Assembly (NCBI GenBank): GCA_965207065.1 | Contig: OZ242260.1 | Location: 1,344,001 to 1,408,000 of the forward strand | Origin: a bacterium | GTDB taxonomy: Bacteria > UBA8248 | Direction of reading: 5' to 3' | DNA: 64,000 nucleotides | Part shown: positions 60,401 through 64,000 of the stretch, piece by piece | How the letters are laid out: every line of letters starts with the position of its first letter | Position numbering within the stretch: the stretch's first letter is position 1 | The notes under the pieces: model-generated | Database searches by the model: none | The model's input: the letters and a program-made list of their open reading frames with translations, nothing else | What the model was told of the DNA's origin: nothing | Made by a program: the position numbers and the translations under genes

Positions 60401-61249
60401 CTATTTCACCGCTCCGGCCGTTAGGGCGCGGATGAGGTAGCGCTGCATGAAAAAGCCCACGAGCAGGGCGGGCAGCATGATGAGCGTCGCCAGGGTGGAC
60501 ATGTCCTGCCAGAAGACCTGCATCTCGCCCATGGTCTCCGCCAGCCGGACGGGGATGGTGCGTGCGTGCACGTTCGTCAGCATGAACGCGAACATGAACT
60601 CGTTCCAGGCCAGCAGGAAGACGAAGATGGAGGTCGCGGCGATGCCTGAGGACGCGAGGGGGAAGGTCACTTTCGCCAGGGTGCGCAGCGCGCCGCAGCC
60701 GTCGAGCGCTGCGGCCTCTTCGAGTTCCTTGGGGATGCCGTCGAAAAACGCCTTCATCAGCCAGGTGCCGAAGGGGATGTTGAGGGCGGTGTAGATGAGG
60801 ATCAGGATGAGCCGCGTGTCGAGAATCTGGAGGTAGCGGAACAGCAGGTAGAGCGGCACCACCGCTGTGACGGGCGGCAGGAGGCGCGTGGCCAGCATGA
60901 AGAAGAGAAGATAGTTCGACGCCCGGAAGCGGTAGCGGGAGAACGCGTAGGCCGCAAGCGAGGAGACCAGCAGGGTGAGAAAGGTCGTCACCACCGCGAT
61001 CAGGGTGCTGTTCCAGATGAAGCGCAGCGCCGATTCGTTTCCGAAGCCCAGGAACTTCCAGTACGAGGAGAAATCCGGGCTCACGAAGAGCGTGGGCGGA
61101 ATGCTGAAGATGGCGGTCTCGTTCTTCACCGAGGTGAGCATGATCCAGACGATCGGGAACAGGCTGAACGCGAGCAGCACCAGCATCGCCCCGCGCGCCG
61201 CCGGGAAAGAGGGAATACCCGGCCCGATCTGTTCTTCGCCCCGCGCCAT
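60401..61249 (-). CDS. Carbohydrate ABC transporter permease (MalG-like)
   Basis: ELEEAAALDGC and LAWNEFMFA motifs. Confidence 0.93.
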   Translation of the reverse strand: MARGEEQIGPGIPSFPAARGAMLVLLAFSLFPIVWIMLTSVKNETAIFSIPPTLFVSPDFSSYWKFLGFGNESALRFIWNSTLIAVVTTFLTLLVSSLAAYAFSRYRFRASNYLLFFMLATRLLPPVTAVVPLYLLFRYLQILDTRLILILIYTALNIPFGTWLMKAFFDGIPKELEEAAALDGCGALRTLAKVTFPLASSGIAATSIFVFLLAWNEFMFAFMLTNVHARTIPVRLAETMGEMQVFWQDMSTLATLIMLPALLVGFFMQRYLIRALTAGAVK

Positions 61250-61252
61250 CGC

Positions 61253-62212
61253 CTAGCCGTCCCTGTCCTGGATGAGCCGCAGGTAGGCGAACGCAATCCC
61301 CGCGCCCAGCACGAGGAGGACGACCGAGGTGGCCGCCGCGTTGCCCACGTCGAAATAGCGGAAATAAATTCGCTGAATATACAGGCCGTACGGCATGGTG
61401 GACGTGCCGGGCCCTCCCTCGGTGAGTATGTAGGGAATGTCGAACACCCGCAGTTTGAAGATGGTCTGGAAAAGCAGCGCCACCACCAGCGGGGGAAGGA
61501 TGAGCGGGAAGGTGATCCGCCGGAACACCTGCACCCGGTTCGCGCCGTCCACGTGGGCGGCCTCGAACACCTCGTTGGGCAGGGCTGTGATGCCGGCCAG
61601 GAGGATCATGGTGACGAAGGGCGTCGAGCGCCAGACCTCGCAGATCACGATGGCCCAGAAGGCGGGGCCGGTCTCGGCGAGCCAGTTCACCTTCGCGATT
61701 CCCACGAGGGTGATGAGGAAGTTCACGATGCCGATGTCGCGGTCCCACATGAGCCGCCAGCCGAGGCCCACCGCGATGGGGGCGACCATGTAGGGGGTGA
61801 GGAGAAAGGACGTCATGAGCCGCCTGCCGCGCACCAGGCCGTAGAGCAGCAGCGCGCTCGCCACCCCGATGATGAACTCGAGGGCGATGGTGGCCACGGT
61901 GAAGCCCAGGCTGAAGCGGGTCACCTGCCAGAAGTCGGGGTCGAACGTGAGCAGGTGGACGTAGTTCGCGAAGCCGACGAAGGTGGAGAGGTGCGGCGTG
62001 GTGAGGCGCCATTTCCACATGGAGAGATAGATGTTGTAAAGCGAGGGATAGACCAGTATCCCGCCCAGGATGGCGAAGGCGGGCGCCATGAGCAGGTAGG
62101 GCGCCATCGTCTGCTTGCGCGCGGGGGTGAGCCACGACCTGCCGCCCCGCCGCGCTGTTTTCTGAACGGCTCCGGTATTCACGACCCTCTCCGTGCTTGC
62201 GCCTGCGGTCAC
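61253..62212 (-). CDS. Carbohydrate ABC transporter permease (MalF-like)
   Basis: EVFEAAHVDGA and LTEGGPG motifs. Confidence 0.93.
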   Translation of the reverse strand: MTAGASTERVVNTGAVQKTARRGGRSWLTPARKQTMAPYLLMAPAFAILGGILVYPSLYNIYLSMWKWRLTTPHLSTFVGFANYVHLLTFDPDFWQVTRFSLGFTVATIALEFIIGVASALLLYGLVRGRRLMTSFLLTPYMVAPIAVGLGWRLMWDRDIGIVNFLITLVGIAKVNWLAETGPAFWAIVICEVWRSTPFVTMILLAGITALPNEVFEAAHVDGANRVQVFRRITFPLILPPLVVALLFQTIFKLRVFDIPYILTEGGPGTSTMPYGLYIQRIYFRYFDVGNAAATSVVLLVLGAGIAFAYLRLIQDRDG

Positions 62213-62397
62213 GTCCTGTTTTCGGCCTTGGGTGCTCTTATTTTTGGGAATTATATATTTGTGTTGACGACATTTTCTTGCCGGTCAATTCATAAAGAAT
62301 CAACCGGTTAAATTCATAATTCCCTCTCCAAAACATTCTCTCATTCTTGAGTTTTTCTCACTTTCCCCTTGAATTTTGTCACTCCAAGGAGAATTTC

Positions 62398-62570
62398 AGA
62401 ATCACTCCCCCCTTGAGGGGGAGTCGCAGAAGCCGAGCGTTTTTTGCGAAGGCTGATGCGGTGGGGGGTAAAATGCGTTTTATCGCCATTCCTAATTATA
62501 CCCCCCACCGATTCGCTTGCGGGCTTACGCCCTTAGCTCATCGACTCCCCCTCAAGGGGGGAGTGATTCT
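62398..62570. repeat. Long palindromic repeat element
   Basis: Arms AGAATCACTCCCCCCTTGAGGGGGAGTCG / CGACTCCCCCTCAAGGGGGGAGTGATTCT, with inner arms CGGTGGGGGGTA / TACCCCCCACCG. A half copy lies at about 15258-15288. Confidence 0.8.
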
Positions 62571-62584
62571 GGTGTGTTCCTCAC

Positions 62585-62726
62585 GGGGCAGAACCCCCCC
62601 CTACGCCCCCTTGTCAGGGGGGCAAGAATAAAACAAAAGCCCTTCGCCGGGGGGCATCGCCTTTACCCCCCCTGTCAAGGGGGGGTAGGGGGGGTTGCTC
62701 TAGCCCGGGGCTTTTCCACACCCCCC
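62585..62726. repeat. Second copy of the 60123-60390 element family
   Basis: CCCCCCTACGCCCCCTTGTCAGGGGGGCAAGAA ... CCCCCCTGTCAAGGGGGGGTAGGGGGGGTTGC ... GGGGCTTTTCCACACCCC. Confidence 0.75.
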
Positions 62727-62734
62727 GGACGGCC

Positions 62735-64000
62735 CTACTTGATGACCGCGTTGATCCGCTTGCAGGCGTCCCCCATGGCCTGCTTCGCGCTCTTTTTCTT
62801 CTGCAGGTAGTTGATGACTTCCTTCGAAGTGGCGTCGCTTATCTCGGACGCGCGCGGATGCTGCGCCGCGCCGCTGCCTCGGCTGATGGCGGTCAGCCAC
62901 GCCTTCGCCACCGGGAACTTCTTCAAGTAGTCCGCGTTGTTGTAGACCGAACTGCGCACGGGGCCGTTCGCCCACTGCAGGGCGCCCCGGAGCTGGTTCT
63001 TCTTGTTGGAGAGCGCCATCATGAGCTCCCAGGCCGCCGCCTTGTTCTTGCTCTTCTTGTCCATGACGAGGTGCCAGCCGCCGTTCAGCGTGGCGCCCCG
63101 GTTCTTGCCGTCCAACGAGGGGACGAGGAAATAGCCCAGCTTGTCCGCCGTCTTGGACTTCTTGGGGTTGGTCATCAGGCCCCAGTAGGGGGAGAAGTAG
63201 ACCCCCATGGCGGCGCGGCCCTGCATCATGGCGGTGCGGTACTCGTCCCGGCCCCAGGCCAGCATGTCGGGCGGGGACCAGCCGCTGCGGAACGGCTTGC
63301 CGAATACCTCGAGCAGCCTGATCGAATCGGCGCGATCCAGCAGGCAGGTCTTGTTGTCGGCGGAGAGCACGCCGTGGCCCGAACTGTGGAGATAGCGCAG
63401 GAAGTCCTGCTCCACGTGGACGCCCGGTTTTCCGCGCTGGACGACGCCGTAGACCTTGCCGGGCTGGTTCAGCTTCTCGGCCGCGGCGAGAAACTCGTCC
63501 CAGGTCTTGGGAATCGAGACTTTGGCCGCCGCGAAGAGGTCCTTTCGGTAGTAGACGATTCCGGTCCCCGTCCGGTAGGGAACGCCGTAGGCGGGCCCTT
63601 TAGGCTTGGGGAAGCGGGTGGTGCCCGAGAGGGCGGGGATGAGGTCCCCGTAGTCGTAGCCTTTGGGCGCGCTCTTGATGTAGCTGTCCAGCGGCTCCAA
63701 AAAACCTATCGTCTCGGGGTTGACCCAGGCGTCCACCCAGGACACCACGTCGAACTGCCCGCCTCCGGCCGCGAAGGAGAGCACCGCCTTGTCCTTGATT
63801 TTCCCGTAGGGTGTGGTGACCACGGTCACCTTGATGCCCTTTTCCTTCTCTAAGTCGGCCACGACGCCCTTGGGACCCCCCGCCGCCTTGAACAGGGTCG
63901 GGTGGATGAGGAGCGTGACATTCTTGGCCGCCGCGGCGGGCAATGCGAGCCCCGCCACAAAAGCGGCCACGGCGATAATACATAGCCAGCGTCTGGAACG
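62735..64000 (-). CDS. Carbohydrate ABC transporter substrate-binding protein (start outside window)
   Basis: Signal-peptide remainder; YYRKDLF..IPKTWDEF and GGWHL motifs; operon context. Confidence 0.9.
   Translation of the reverse strand, partial: RSRRWLCIIAVAAFVAGLALPAAAAKNVTLLIHPTLFKAAGGPKGVVADLEKEKGIKVTVVTTPYGKIKDKAVLSFAAGGGQFDVVSWVDAWVNPETIGFLEPLDSYIKSAPKGYDYGDLIPALSGTTRFPKPKGPAYGVPYRTGTGIVYYRKDLFAAAKVSIPKTWDEFLAAAEKLNQPGKVYGVVQRGKPGVHVEQDFLRYLHSSGHGVLSADNKTCLLDRADSIRLLEVFGKPFRSGWSPPDMLAWGRDEYRTAMMQGRAAMGVYFSPYWGLMTNPKKSKTADKLGYFLVPSLDGKNRGATLNGGWHLVMDKKSKNKAAAWELMMALSNKKNQLRGALQWANGPVRSSVYNNADYLKKFPVAKAWLTAISRGSGAAQHPRASEISDATSKEVINYLQKKKSAKQAMGDACKRINAVIK

Noticed and set aside
60123-62726. 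Repeats as a CRISPR array
   Set aside because: They are nested inverted repeats, not regularly spaced direct repeats with unique spacers, and no cas genes are present.

Overview
This is a GC-rich bacterial chromosomal window. It holds housekeeping genes (tRNA-Ser, recR-ybaB-dnaX-ffs, kbl, fhs, pfkA), many transporters (three ABC systems, two tripartite tricarboxylate transporters) and many catabolic enzymes (amidase, M20 peptidases, MmgE/PrpD, FAH, cyclase, AtuA-like, MBL-fold, cupins). The main hidden signal is three genes that the ORF track splits at a single in-frame TGA lying exactly where the family has its catalytic Cys. These are an OsmC-like protein (GF-U, 9821..10384), the adjacent DUF442/Blh-like phosphatase/sulfurtransferase-fold protein (VH-U-KATGR, 10407..10859) and an AhpD/CMD-like protein (CDY-U, 38868..39536). 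They are probable selenoproteins, two of them in one operon; no sel machinery lies in the window. A second signal is a 3.3 kb lower-GC insert with no integrase (55663..59080). It is bounded by a 75-bp duplication of an ABC ATPase 3' end and contains a decayed type I R-M scaffold (two hsdM 3'-end remnants, an hsdS pseudogene) carrying intact Fic and HEPN-like genes. A similar gene-fragment duplication flanks an all-in-one sensor kinase/regulator. Also present: a eukaryote-like sterol reductase, a doubled operator upstream of a Fic gene, and several REP/MITE-like palindromic repeats. All calls come from reading the sequence only; no database searches were run.
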